From IMG/VR virus record IMGVR_UViG_3300048589_000479: a stretch of DNA of 20,000 nt; one strand, given 5' to 3'. Below, piece by piece: positions 7,455 to 16,222 of this stretch; position 1 is the stretch's first letter; the number at the start of each line of letters is the position of its first letter. Source of the stretch: an uncultured virus (IMG/VR IMGVR_UViG_3300048589_000479) (Duplodnaviria; Heunggongvirae; Uroviricota; Caudoviricetes). A program made the position numbers and the translations under genes. Under the pieces are notes generated by a model. The model saw nothing but the letters and a program-made list of their open reading frames with translations. It made no database searches and was not told the origin of the DNA.

Positions 7455-8233
7455 GCCGAGGCGACGACCTGGAGCTTCACCCGCTTCTGCGGCGGGCGGC
7501 CGCGCAGCCCGGCAGCCTTGCGGAGCTCGGTCGCAACGAACATGGGAGCAGAGCCGCCCAGGTTCGCGCGGCCGGCCTGGGCGCGGCGCTTGATGTCCAC
7601 CGGCGCCTGCTTGCGCAGCCGCTCCGTGTGCGACTCGTTCCACCGCTCGGAGTAGTCGGCCAGGACTTCGCCCATGCCGCCGATGATCGAGCCGTCGAGC
7701 GAGTACGGATCCTCGTACCAGGCGTCGCGAATCACGTTGAAGACGCGGGCCAGGATCTCGACCCCGTGCTTCGCTGCGATCTTCTCGATCGACGCGACAG
7801 CCTTGACGTCGTTCGCGCCGTTCCCGACGACGTAGCCGGAGCGCAGCAGTGCGTCAGCGATCATCTGCGCGTCCTTGTCGCCGGAGAAGAGTTGAGCACG
7901 GAAGCGCTCGACCGGAGTCGGCGGCCGGCGGTCCCTCTGCAGCCGCACGAAGAGCTCGGCTTCCTGCTGGGCCGAGAGCCCGACGTGCACGATGCACGGG
8001 GCGTCGTCCTCGCCAAGCGCCTTGAGCGCGGCGAGCCGGTGCTGCCCGTCGAAGACAGCGCACACGCCGTTCTCGCGTCGGGACACTTCCAGCGCGCCGA
8101 GTTGCGCGGGGTTGAACTCGTCCACGATCTTCCCGACGCGGTGCTCCATGAGCTTGCGCTGGTATCGGGTGTCAATCACCATGCGGTCGACTGACACGAT
8201 CTCGAACTTCGGCCTTGCCTGCTTCGTGGTCAT
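7451..8233 (-). CDS. ParB/Srx-like N-terminal domain protein (DGQHR; DUF6551-like, 260 aa)
   Basis: ID.RYQR.L...RV.KI...F....LG...VS.R......FDGQHRL.A; start reassigned to ATG 8233. Confidence 0.85.
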   Translation of the reverse strand: MTTKQARPKFEIVSVDRMVIDTRYQRKLMEHRVGKIVDEFNPAQLGALEVSRRENGVCAVFDGQHRLAALKALGEDDAPCIVHVGLSAQQEAELFVRLQRDRRPPTPVERFRAQLFSGDKDAQMIADALLRSGYVVGNGANDVKAVASIEKIAAKHGVEILARVFNVIRDAWYEDPYSLDGSIIGGMGEVLADYSERWNESHTERLRKQAPVDIKRRAQAGRANLGGSAPMFVATELRKAAGLRGRPPQKRVKLQVVASA

Positions 8234-8267
8234 GCTAGTGGGCTTTCGGGTTGGGGGTGCGGGTTGG

Positions 8268-8564
8268 CTATTCTTCTTCGTCGCTGGCAGGTTCGTCGCG
8301 CTCGACCTTGCCGCCAGCGTTGATCGCGTTGGACACGAGAATGTCCACGGCGTAGGTGTCGACCACCTGCCAGTCGTCGCTCTTCGCAACGAGCTCGGCG
8401 AAGTTCTTGTTGGTCTTCCCCTCCATGTAGGAGCCGCCGCCAGCGCGCACGAGCGTCACGATGCCCGTGGCGGTCGGCGCCTTCGCCACGACGTAGAGCT
8501 TCCAGCCGTCCGGCTTGCCCTCGCCGCGCTTGACGCGCTCGGCTACCAGTGTGCCCGGCCCCAT
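8268..8564 (-). CDS. Hypothetical protein (98 aa)
   Basis: TGATG overlap with upstream gene; phage-like codon usage. Confidence 0.7.
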   Translation of the reverse strand: MGPGTLVAERVKRGEGKPDGWKLYVVAKAPTATGIVTLVRAGGGSYMEGKTNKNFAELVAKSDDWQVVDTYAVDILVSNAINAGGKVERDEPASDEEE

Positions 8565-9292
8565 CAGACGTCAGCCTTCGGTGCGATGTGACCGTCGGGG
8601 CCGTGGCCGCAGTAGTGGCACAGCGTCGGGTCGAACGTGCGGTGCTCGATCACGTCCTCGCCCTTCGAGTAGTCGAGGCGCGGGGATCCGTCCTCCTCGA
8701 ACTCGCCCTCAACTTCTGGGTAAGTTGTATCCACCACGACGTCGCCGGACCAGTCGCCCGCCTTGAAGCGGTGCAGCGAGGGCCGAGCGAGCATGGCCCA
8801 CTGGAGCTCGGAGAGGTACTGCGACAGCACGATCCGCTGGGCCAGACCCATCCACGGCATCGACCAGATCTTCCGGGCCGCCGTGTATGCGCCGTTGATC
8901 TGCTCGTCGGTGAACTTGTTGACGGCCGACTCCAGGACCGGCTCGAAGCCCTCGGCGGTCATCGTCACGGCGCCGTCGATCAGACCCGGCACCGGGAGCG
9001 CGTAGAAGTGGCCGGGGCGAGGCTTGCGGAACTCCGGCTGCGCCTGCGGCTCGCGCTCTTCGTCCTCGTCGTATGTCACCGACCAGGGTTGACCGCCTTC
9101 GTCCAGGTGCAGGAAGAGGGCGTCGAAGATCGCGTCGGGATCCTCGTTGAGCACATCCCAGAGCTTCGCTTCCGAGATCTCGGACGGGTCGCCATAGATC
9201 TCCTCGACCTTCTGGCGTGGAACGGGAACGCGCAGCCGTAGCTCGACGTCGAGCATGGCGTAGGTCTTCGTGTCAGTCGATGCGGTGGTCAT
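8564..9292 (-). CDS. Hypothetical acidic protein with C-terminal CxxCGH...H motif (242 aa)
   Basis: ATG 9292 in ATGA overlap; ends LCHYCGHGPDGH. Confidence 0.75.
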   Translation of the reverse strand: MTTASTDTKTYAMLDVELRLRVPVPRQKVEEIYGDPSEISEAKLWDVLNEDPDAIFDALFLHLDEGGQPWSVTYDEDEEREPQAQPEFRKPRPGHFYALPVPGLIDGAVTMTAEGFEPVLESAVNKFTDEQINGAYTAARKIWSMPWMGLAQRIVLSQYLSELQWAMLARPSLHRFKAGDWSGDVVVDTTYPEVEGEFEEDGSPRLDYSKGEDVIEHRTFDPTLCHYCGHGPDGHIAPKADV

Positions 9293-9576
9293 GAGGTCTG
9301 CTCCGGGTAGGTGATCTCGAAGACGTGCCAGACGAATCTTCCCTCCTGGTACGTCCCGATGTAGTGGTGGTACTTCGTGACTTCTTCGTGGCCGGTCCCG
9401 ACGATCTGGAACAACCGCTCGGCATCGCCGTTGTGCGGATCGACGAGCGCCCAGATGAACGGCTCCGGATCGCTGCCCTGCAACTGCAAGGACAGGATCT
9501 CTGCGCCCTTCGGCATCTTGAGCTCGAAGCGTCCGTTGGGCGTGAGTGGGACGTGGAACTTCCAGACCGCCTTCAC
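9289..9576 (-). CDS. Conserved small phage protein (DUF7352-like)
   Basis: VWKF...MPKGAEILSLQ.Q...WALVDP...GTGH...YIGT.Q...VWHVFE pattern recalled from many phages. Confidence 0.8.
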   Translation of the reverse strand: MKAVWKFHVPLTPNGRFELKMPKGAEILSLQLQGSDPEPFIWALVDPHNGDAERLFQIVGTGHEEVTKYHHYIGTYQEGRFVWHVFEITYPEQTS

Positions 9577-9887
9577 GCTGCCGCCACCTGCTCGGCGGCC
9601 TTCTCCGCGCGCCGCACGAGCTTCGTGCCGACCGTGGTCGCCTCCAGGTGAACGCTGCGCCGATCGGTGAGCTCACGCACGCGCTTGACGTAGCCGGCTG
9701 CGGCGAGACGATCGGCGATCTGGGTAATGGCGCCGGTGGTGATGCCGACACGCTTCGCAGCATGGCCCATCTGGACGGGCTCGCCCGCGTCCACGATCGT
9801 CAGCAGCACGATCCGGTCGAAGGGCGACGAGTGCTCCATGAGCTCGCCGATCTCCCGGAGGGTTGCGATGGTCAGTTCGTGCTTCAT
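9573..9887 (-). CDS. MarR-family winged-HTH regulator (104 aa)
   Basis: GITTGAITQIADRLAAAGYVKRVRELTDRRSVHLEAT..G is a canonical MarR wing (DRR motif). Confidence 0.9.
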   Translation of the reverse strand: MKHELTIATLREIGELMEHSSPFDRIVLLTIVDAGEPVQMGHAAKRVGITTGAITQIADRLAAAGYVKRVRELTDRRSVHLEATTVGTKLVRRAEKAAEQVAAA

Positions 9888-10207
9888 GGTGCCTTGCTCC
9901 CGTCTCCGAGCCACGCGAGTACCTTCGCGAGCTCTTCTTCTGTCAGTCCGTCCCGCTCCGCGCGGTCGATGAACATGCGGGCGCGCTTCACGAACGAGCA
10001 CTTCGGCTCGTCCACGCCCATCGCTATGTCGTGCTCGTCGATGAGCTCGATCAGCTTCGACAACCGCACGTCGTCGCGGGCGGCAGCCCAGGGCGACTCG
10101 CCCCGGTGCAGGTCGGAGTGCCGGTACCAACGCCACTCTCGCAGCGCGTCCACGATCAGGTCGCGCAGGTCCGGCGCTTCATCTGGTGGGGGAGCGAACC
10201 CGCTCAC
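9884..10207 (-). CDS. Hypothetical protein (107 aa)
   Basis: GTGA/ATGA overlaps with both neighbours. Confidence 0.7.
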   Translation of the reverse strand: MSGFAPPPDEAPDLRDLIVDALREWRWYRHSDLHRGESPWAAARDDVRLSKLIELIDEHDIAMGVDEPKCSFVKRARMFIDRAERDGLTEEELAKVLAWLGDGSKAP

Positions 10208-10515
10208 GCCTGGGCCGCTGCCTTCGCCGCGTCGCGCTCTGCCTTCGCGCGCTTGCGCTCCTCGGCGGCAGCCGTGAGCCGAGTGAAGATCCGCGAGATC
10301 GCCGAGCGCTGGATGTCAGCATCCACGAGCCCTTCGAGGTTCTTCACGACCACGACAAGCGAGCCGCCTGCGTCGATCAGATCGGAGTAGTTGTCGGTCC
10401 CGGAGGCTGACACCTTCGCCGAGCCCAGGTCGTCGTAGGTGCGACGCACGAGGTCCAGCGCCTTGTTGAGATCCTTCTGCCAGCGCGCGGCGCGGGCGGG
10501 GGTCATCTTCGCCAT
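10204..10515 (-). CDS. Hypothetical coiled-coil protein (103 aa)
   Basis: ATG 10515 with SD GAAGGA; MAKMTPARAARWQKDLNK... Confidence 0.75.
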   Translation of the reverse strand: MAKMTPARAARWQKDLNKALDLVRRTYDDLGSAKVSASGTDNYSDLIDAGGSLVVVVKNLEGLVDADIQRSAISRIFTRLTAAAEERKRAKAERDAAKAAAQA

Positions 10516-10529
10516 GAGTGTTCTTCCTT

Positions 10530-10790
10530 CTACTCGCAGTTGCAGTTGATGTGCCCGCACTGATCGCAGCGCGTGGACTGGTACTTCCCCTCGCATGGGG
10601 GAATCTCGTTGCCGGCACGGTCGTACTCCGGCTGGGTGTTCTGGCACGGCCCGTCGAGCTCGGCCGCGTCGGGGTCCGTCGGCTCCTCGTGACACGCGCC
10701 GCAGATCAGCGGGTCTTCGGAGTGGTCGGGCTGGTTCCACGGCGCACGCAGGCTGCCAGCGGGAACGTCGTCGGGGTAGTTGTCCATCAT
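10530..10790 (-). CDS. Small Cys-rich protein (86 aa)
   Basis: NYP......APWNQ...CGAC...CDQCGHINCNCE; ATGA overlap. Confidence 0.7.
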   Translation of the reverse strand: MMDNYPDDVPAGSLRAPWNQPDHSEDPLICGACHEEPTDPDAAELDGPCQNTQPEYDRAGNEIPPCEGKYQSTRCDQCGHINCNCE

Positions 10791-11158
10791 GCCCGCATAC
10801 CCCCGCCGCCGCCTCGGTCCACGGGAACGAAGACGATCTGCGGCTCCGGCGGTCGCGTGTGGATCTGGATGTTGTTCACCTGCACGGACTGCTTCGGCCC
10901 GTTCGGGTGCTGGCCGGGGAGGTAGCCACAGCCGTTGCACGGAAGCTGCTGGCCGGCGTTCGCGCCCTGGCCCTTGACGAGCCGCCCCTGGTTCTTGCAC
11001 TTCTCGCAGAAGATCTCCGAGTCGGCAGGTGTCAGCAGCGCGCCGACGGGGAGATCGCCGAGCGCGACCTTTGCCTGCACGCGCGCGTCGCGCGCCTTGC
11101 CGGTGGCGATCTGCTCCAGGTGGAACGTGAGGTACTTGACCCGCTCGGCGTCGTTCAT
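10787..11158 (-). CDS. Zn-ribbon protein (CEKC...CNGC; 123 aa)
   Basis: ATG 11158 in ATGA overlap; two CxxC pairs. Confidence 0.7.
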   Translation of the reverse strand: MNDAERVKYLTFHLEQIATGKARDARVQAKVALGDLPVGALLTPADSEIFCEKCKNQGRLVKGQGANAGQQLPCNGCGYLPGQHPNGPKQSVQVNNIQIHTRPPEPQIVFVPVDRGGGGGMRA

Positions 11159-11553
11159 GCCTGCGCCGCCTTCCACTCGTTGTAGATGCGGCGCAGCGTG
11201 CGCTCGTAGTTCTCGTCCGGTGGACCCTCGGCCGTGTAGCCGGTCATGCGCTCGGTGCCGTCGGGCAGGCGCATGATCTTCGAGTCGCCCTGGTCGGTGA
11301 AGACCATGCGCCGCAGGTCGGAGTTCGTCGGCACCGCCTTGACCTCCGGCTTCGGGTGCTGGTACACGGCGTCGCGAGTGCCCCTGGTTTCCCATTGGTC
11401 GTCCTCGACTTCGAGCTCGTATTCGACGCCGCGCTCCTCGAGATCGCGCACCGGGTACCCGTGGAGGTCGTCCATCGTCAGCCCGGACTTCGCCAGCGCT
11501 TCTTCCTCGATGCGAATGGTCGCCGTGTTGACTACCTTGACGTAGATCGTCAT
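11155..11553 (-). CDS. Hypothetical protein (132 aa)
   Basis: ATGA overlaps at both ends. Confidence 0.75.
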   Translation of the reverse strand: MTIYVKVVNTATIRIEEEALAKSGLTMDDLHGYPVRDLEERGVEYELEVEDDQWETRGTRDAVYQHPKPEVKAVPTNSDLRRMVFTDQGDSKIMRLPDGTERMTGYTAEGPPDENYERTLRRIYNEWKAAQA

Positions 11554-11813
11554 GCGTGGGCCGCCCTAATCTCGTCGAGCATGGCTCGCTTCTCTTCCTC
11601 GATCTTCGCCTGGTCGATCTCGAAGAAGTCGGCGAGCAGCTTCGTCACCATCGGGACCGTGTGCGTGTAGAGGCGCGTGCCCTCGTCGTTGTAGCGGCCC
11701 AGGTGGTAGCCCTGCTCCTGCAACCAGTCGATGAACTCGCCGCACACCTGCGACTTGTCGCTGATCGCCTGGAGCTTCGTGTGCTCCGGCCACTTGTCGA
11801 TCTCGTCAGCCAT
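11550..11813 (-). CDS. Conserved hypothetical phage protein (87 aa)
   Basis: PEHTKL....KSQ.CGEFIDWL...LLADFFEID..KIEEEKRAML; tightly coupled to neighbours. Confidence 0.8.
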   Translation of the reverse strand: MADEIDKWPEHTKLQAISDKSQVCGEFIDWLQEQGYHLGRYNDEGTRLYTHTVPMVTKLLADFFEIDQAKIEEEKRAMLDEIRAAHA

Positions 11814-11814
11814 G

Positions 11815-12537
11815 CTACTTCTTCTTCGTCACGGACAGGGTGGGCTCGGAGTGAACCTTCACCATTGTCAGCAGCGTCTCGTGGCGAGCGATGCGGTCGG
11901 CAAGCTGCTCGGCCGCCGTCACCGTCACGGAGATCTCGTTGCCCTCGTCGTCCTCGCGAAGCTCCACGCGATCGGAGAGGCCGAGCGCGTCGAGGAGCTC
12001 CTGCCCGGAGAGCGGCACCTGGTCGTCGCCGACCTGCTTCGTCGCCTCGATCGGGTGGTCCTTGAGCCACGTCGAGATCGTCGACTTGAGCGTGTTCGCG
12101 TTGATCGTGCCCTCGGCCACCTTCGGCGCGCCGTTGTCGATGAGCCACTGCTTCAAGTCGGGGTTGCCCGTGCCGCCGAGTTCCTTGATCGCCTGGATCT
12201 GCTTGTTGGAGCTCATGGCGAACGTCTGGCCCATGTGCGTGAAGCCGGTCGGACCCTTCTCGGCCATGACCTCGAACAACTTGATCTCGACTTCGCTCGT
12301 GTATTCCTTCACGGCGCTGGCGAGATCACCCAGGAAGTCCTTGACGCGGCGAAGGCGAAGAACCTCCTCCGCGAGCGGGAGCGCGTCTTCGGGGAGGACG
12401 TACTGCACCGGGTCGGTGTCGGGAATGTAGTAGGGTGGCGTCGTGAGCTCCACGCCTCGCTTGACGATGTGGATCAGGGTATCGTCGCCTCGCTCCTGCG
12501 AAAGTCGCGCTACCAGGCCGTCCAGCTTCTCGCTCAC
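11815..12537 (-). CDS. Phage replication-module protein (gp33-like; 240 aa)
   Basis: Start reassigned to GTG 12537 (SD GGAGGA); coiled coil followed by LKQWLIDNG...TINANTLKSTI, recalled from proteins adjacent to phage SNF2 helicases. Confidence 0.6.
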   Translation of the reverse strand: MSEKLDGLVARLSQERGDDTLIHIVKRGVELTTPPYYIPDTDPVQYVLPEDALPLAEEVLRLRRVKDFLGDLASAVKEYTSEVEIKLFEVMAEKGPTGFTHMGQTFAMSSNKQIQAIKELGGTGNPDLKQWLIDNGAPKVAEGTINANTLKSTISTWLKDHPIEATKQVGDDQVPLSGQELLDALGLSDRVELREDDEGNEISVTVTAAEQLADRIARHETLLTMVKVHSEPTLSVTKKK

Positions 12538-12574
12538 AATCTTCCTCCGTAAGTATCTCGCGGTGTCATGTAGC

Positions 12575-12603
12575 AGTGTATCGTGAGATACATGCCATTG
12601 CAA
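12575..12603 (-). promoter_or_regulatory. Housekeeping sigma-type promoter TTGCAA-N17-TACACT with overlapping inverted repeat
   Basis: -35 at 12598-12603 and -10 at 12575-12580 with a 17-nt spacer, in an AT-rich intergenic gap; palindrome GTATC-N4-GATAC at 12578-12591. Confidence 0.8.
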
Positions 12604-12625
12604 CCATAAGGAAGAAGTTTGGCCT

Positions 12626-14290
12626 CTATCGGCCACGCCGGAGAAGGAACCGCTGCCAGCCGCCGTCCACGATCTCGTCGGCTACTTCCTTCTTCTCGAC
12701 CTGGGTATCGAGGATCGTTTCATCGATCGTGTCCAGGGCGAGCAGGTGGTGGTGGGTCACGGGCTGCGTCTGGCCGATGCGGTGGTAGCGCGCGAGCGCC
12801 TGCTGGAACACGGCCGACGCGAACGGCGACGAGTAGAACGCGCCGTCGCTGGCAGCGTGCAGCGTGATGCCCTCCGCGCACGCCTGGATCTGCCCCACGA
12901 AGAACCAGGCGTCGCCGTCCTGGAACTGGTCGATCATCTTGCCGCGCGCCGAGCCCTTCACCTGGCCGTTGATGTAGCTGACCGGCGTGTTCTTTCCGGA
13001 GATCCGCTCGGCGGCCTTGATGATCGCCTGGCCCTCGTGCGTGAAGCGGTGGAAGATCACGAGCTTCGCGTTCGCGTCGCGCAACGTCTCCATGAGATCG
13101 GTGAGGCACGACAGCTTCGCGTTCTTCTTCGAGTCGATCGGCTCCACAGAGTCGCGCCCGTCCACCTGCATGAACCCGCCGGTGATCTGCTGCAACCGGA
13201 GCATCCGCGTCAGTACGTTGTCGCCGAGGATCTCGGACTCGTCGCCCATATCGAGCGATGCCGCTTGCGTCAGGAAGTCCAGGCCGCCGCCGCCCTCGAC
13301 GAACGCGATCGAGTCGCGCACGAGGTCGTCGTAGAGCCGGCGCGCCTTCGGGTCAAGCTCGAACTCGATGCGTGCGTGGGTCTGCTCCGGCAGGTCCACC
13401 GCTTCTTCCTTCGAGACGCGGTGCACGCGCTCCATCACCCGGCGTTCGAGCTCCGGCAGCGTGTGCGGATTGATGACCACCTTGCGGAACGTGCCGCAGT
13501 CGATCTCGATAGCGAACTGGCGCTTGAAGTTCGTGTGGTTCGTGCCGAGCACGCGGTCGTCCAGGAAGCGGAACTGGCCGTACCAGTCGAGCCCGCCTTC
13601 GGGCACCGGCGTGCCGGTCATGATGATTCGCATAGGGGCTGCGGTCGCTGGCCGGAACGGTGTCAGCATGGCGGCGCCGGTCCACGCCTGGAGCACGAAG
13701 CTCGCGGCCTTGCCGATGCGGTGCATGGCCTTCGACTGGTTCGAGCCCGGCGCCTTCAACCGCTGGCTCTCGTCGCACACGTCGATGTCGAAGCCGGCCG
13801 CCTTGAGCTCGGCTTCCATGCGCCAGGTGCCCTCGTAGTTGAGCGCCACGATCCCAGGGAGAACCACCTGGCCGTAGCGCCGGGCCAGGTCGCGGCGCGC
13901 CAGCCACTCCTCGAGATCGCGCTTGCGGCGCTTCACCGAAGGGTGGTCGAGGGAGAGCACGTCGATCTCCGTGCCGCCGCGCGCGGTGATCCCGAGTGAC
14001 TCCTTCTTCCAGGCTGACACGACGGACGACGGGCACACGACCAGCATGGACTCCGCGCGGCCCTCGGCGTGCATAGCCAGGAAGCCGCCGAGCACGGTCA
14101 GCGTCTTCCCGCAGCCCATATCGTGCAGCAGGCCGAACGAGCCGAAGCGCTCGAGTCGCTCCATCATGCACGCGAGCCCGTTGGCTTGATGCACGAACGG
14201 GACGATGTGGCAGTGGCGGCGCAGCAGCATTGACGCGCGGCCTGCCCCCGGCTCCGACGGGCGCCGATCCTTTGTCGGCGGGTCGATCAC
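12626..14290 (-). CDS. SNF2-family (SF2) DNA helicase
   Basis: Motifs HDMGCGKT, VVCP, CDESQ, MTGTP, EGITL, QALARYHRIGQ. Start is GTG 14290 (GTGA overlap) or ATG 14230. Confidence 0.92.
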   Translation of the reverse strand: MIDPPTKDRRPSEPGAGRASMLLRRHCHIVPFVHQANGLACMMERLERFGSFGLLHDMGCGKTLTVLGGFLAMHAEGRAESMLVVCPSSVVSAWKKESLGITARGGTEIDVLSLDHPSVKRRKRDLEEWLARRDLARRYGQVVLPGIVALNYEGTWRMEAELKAAGFDIDVCDESQRLKAPGSNQSKAMHRIGKAASFVLQAWTGAAMLTPFRPATAAPMRIIMTGTPVPEGGLDWYGQFRFLDDRVLGTNHTNFKRQFAIEIDCGTFRKVVINPHTLPELERRVMERVHRVSKEEAVDLPEQTHARIEFELDPKARRLYDDLVRDSIAFVEGGGGLDFLTQAASLDMGDESEILGDNVLTRMLRLQQITGGFMQVDGRDSVEPIDSKKNAKLSCLTDLMETLRDANAKLVIFHRFTHEGQAIIKAAERISGKNTPVSYINGQVKGSARGKMIDQFQDGDAWFFVGQIQACAEGITLHAASDGAFYSSPFASAVFQQALARYHRIGQTQPVTHHHLLALDTIDETILDTQVEKKEVADEIVDGGWQRFLLRRGR

Positions 14291-14472
14291 GCCGGGAAGA
14301 GGTTGACGCCAGCGTAGAAGGTGAACGCGCCGAGCGTGAAGAAGAAGGCTCGGAAGCCCCACGGCACGCGCTCGCGCATCGCCTTCGAGTAGGTGCTGGC
14401 AGCCTGGGTCGCGCCGGAGAGGATCACGGCGACAGCGATCGTGGCCTGCGTGATTTCCACGGCCTCGTTCAT
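14287..14472 (-). CDS. Small membrane protein (61 aa, 2 hydrophobic segments)
   Basis: MNEAVEITQATIAVAVILSGA...FFFTLGAFTFYAGVNLFPA; ATGA overlap. Confidence 0.65.
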   Translation of the reverse strand: MNEAVEITQATIAVAVILSGATQAASTYSKAMRERVPWGFRAFFFTLGAFTFYAGVNLFPA

Positions 14473-14639
14473 GCCGCGACCTTGAAGAAGAGGATCGCTC
14501 CCACGGCTACCAGGTCGGCGCCGACGAAGGCGTACACGGCGCGCTCGCGCCAGGTCAGCCCGCGCGACACGGAGGCGCCCAGGTGGACGACTCCGTAGAA
14601 CGCGGCCGCTACCGAAACTGCTGCGACTGCATAGTTCAT
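14469..14639 (-). CDS. Small membrane protein (56 aa; not in ORF track)
   Basis: MNYAVAAVSVAAAFYGVVHLGASVSRGLTWRERAVYAFVGADLVAVGAILFFKVAA; ATGA overlaps at both ends. Confidence 0.7.
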   Translation of the reverse strand: MNYAVAAVSVAAAFYGVVHLGASVSRGLTWRERAVYAFVGADLVAVGAILFFKVAA

Positions 14640-14845
14640 CGCCGGTTCCGCTTTCGAGAGGCGCGAGCCGCCTTCGTCTTCGCGCGGGCCGCCACCTTCC
14701 GCTGGCGACGCTGGTCGAACGCCTCGCCCAGACCGGACGAGTAGGCGATGTTCGCGTCGTGCTTCGGAAGCTGCTGCTGCTGGACCGCAATGGTCAGCAG
14801 GGGCCGGCGAAGAGAGTTGAGCTTTGCGCGTGTGATCGGGTGCAT
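14636..14845 (-). CDS. Small basic protein (69 aa)
   Basis: Tail ARAKTKAARASRKRNRR; ATG 6 nt after the promoter motif. Confidence 0.75.
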   Translation of the reverse strand: MHPITRAKLNSLRRPLLTIAVQQQQLPKHDANIAYSSGLGEAFDQRRQRKVAARAKTKAARASRKRNRR

Positions 14846-14851
14846 ACCGAG

Positions 14852-14875
14852 ATCATGAAGAAGCCCTCGGACGCA
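14852..14875 (-). promoter_or_regulatory. Conserved promoter motif copy TGCGTCCG-AGGGCTTCTT-CATGAT (leaderless)
   Basis: 6 nt to ATG 14845; directly after hairpin 14877-14904. Confidence 0.85.
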
Positions 14876-14876
14876 G

Positions 14877-14904
14877 CACGGCCCCCGCCGGAGCAGGGGC
14901 CGTG
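14877..14904 (-). terminator. GC-rich hairpin, likely terminator
   Basis: - strand CACGGCCCCTGC-TCCG-GCGGGGGCCGTG, 21 nt after the stop at 14926. Confidence 0.7.
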
Positions 14905-14925
14905 AGCTTCACCGGGGGATCTGTG

Positions 14926-16215
14926 TCAGTCGGAGAGCGGGTCCGACACCGGCTCGGGCGCCGGGCGGTCGATGCCGTAGCGCGACGAGACGTACCGCAT
15001 CACGCGGATCTGCGCGTCGCGGTCGAGGTCCAGCAGCGCCTCGCGCACGATGTCCATCGCCGCGATCTCCGGATCGAACTCGCCGACCGGCTCCTGGATC
15101 TCGGCCATGTGCACCTTGACGCCCAGCTTGCCGAGCTCGGCTTCCACGTCGCGCGCGGCGCCGGCCGCGAGCTCTGCGTTGCGCAGGCTGCCGTTGTAGG
15201 CACCCAGCGCGCTCTCCGCGTGCTTCATGGAGCCGACGTACAGCCCCATCGCTCGCTCGTGGAGGCCGATCAGCTTGCGAGCGGTCGCCTGCTTGTCACC
15301 GACGGGGAACATGATGCCCCCGTCGAAGTCCACGAGGTCGGCCTGGTACATCGCCTTCGAGAGATCGAACGCCACGATCGAGCGACCGTCCTTGCAGACG
15401 TCCACCCCGATCTCTGCCGCGAGCTCGTCGCCGAGCACGAGCGGTGCATCGGGGCGGCCGCCGTCGCGGGCGAAGTCGCACAGCGCGATTGCCTCCAGGA
15501 CGGAGTTCACTTCCTGCGCGTCGCCCTCGCCGTTGAGCCACCGCTGGATCTCGGCCGGCGGCCACTCGCCCTCGGTCGCGTCGCTGTCGGGCTCCGGCCG
15601 GCTGTCCGGATCGCGGTCGGGGTTGCACTCGTCCGGGTTGCCGCAGCACGTCTCGCCCGCGTCGCGCGGGCAGCCCTCCGGGTTGAGGTTGTACGCCGCC
15701 GCGCGCTCGCGGTCGAGCCGACCGTCCAGGCGCGGGTCGCTCTCGCCGGGCATGATCGTCTTCGACGCCTTGCCCGACTCGATCTCCTCCGGCGTGGCCG
15801 GCAGGTCGATGCCAGTGTCGACGACCTCGTGCAGTCGCACGGTGCCAGGGTGCGCGGGCTCGGCGGCCGCGTTCTTCTCGGCGTCACGCGCCAGGCCGTA
15901 GTGCTTCGTGCACAGGCCGCGCGCTGCGTGACGGCGCGAGAACTTCTCGTCGTCGGGGCACTCCGAGCAGCCGTCCGGGTGGGCGCGGCTCTTCCACTTC
16001 TTGATTCCGAGCATCGGTGTCGTCTCCTGGGTGGGGGGCGCGGCGAACTTCGCCTGACGCTCCGGGTCGTTTTCGCAGAGGCCGCACTTGTCACCCTTGC
16101 GGTACCGCAGGATCTTCGTTCCGCACGCGCAGCGGCGTCCGGTACCGAAGTCCTGCGGCGCCTTCCCCGACAGGCCGCCGGGAGAGATCGCCGAGTAGTG
16201 GGTGCGCTCTGCCAT
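14926..16215 (-). CDS. Hypothetical multi-Cys-cluster protein (429 aa)
   Basis: Start at ATG 16215, 7 nt after the promoter motif; CACG...CGLC, CSEC...ARGLCTKHY and CPRD...CCGNPDEC clusters; C-terminal coiled coil. Confidence 0.8.
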   Translation of the reverse strand: MAERTHYSAISPGGLSGKAPQDFGTGRRCACGTKILRYRKGDKCGLCENDPERQAKFAAPPTQETTPMLGIKKWKSRAHPDGCSECPDDEKFSRRHAARGLCTKHYGLARDAEKNAAAEPAHPGTVRLHEVVDTGIDLPATPEEIESGKASKTIMPGESDPRLDGRLDRERAAAYNLNPEGCPRDAGETCCGNPDECNPDRDPDSRPEPDSDATEGEWPPAEIQRWLNGEGDAQEVNSVLEAIALCDFARDGGRPDAPLVLGDELAAEIGVDVCKDGRSIVAFDLSKAMYQADLVDFDGGIMFPVGDKQATARKLIGLHERAMGLYVGSMKHAESALGAYNGSLRNAELAAGAARDVEAELGKLGVKVHMAEIQEPVGEFDPEIAAMDIVREALLDLDRDAQIRVMRYVSSRYGIDRPAPEPVSDPLSD

Positions 16216-16222
16216 GCACGAG

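Noticed and set aside
12538..12636. N-terminal extension of ORF 11815..12636
   Set aside because: AT-rich intergenic DNA containing the -35/-10 promoter; the SD supports GTG 12537.
13620..13710. ~20-aa insertion between helicase motifs II and III as an intein or intron remnant
   Set aside because: Short, in frame, and lacking intein terminal residues (C/S...HN) or intron features; probably a loop insertion.
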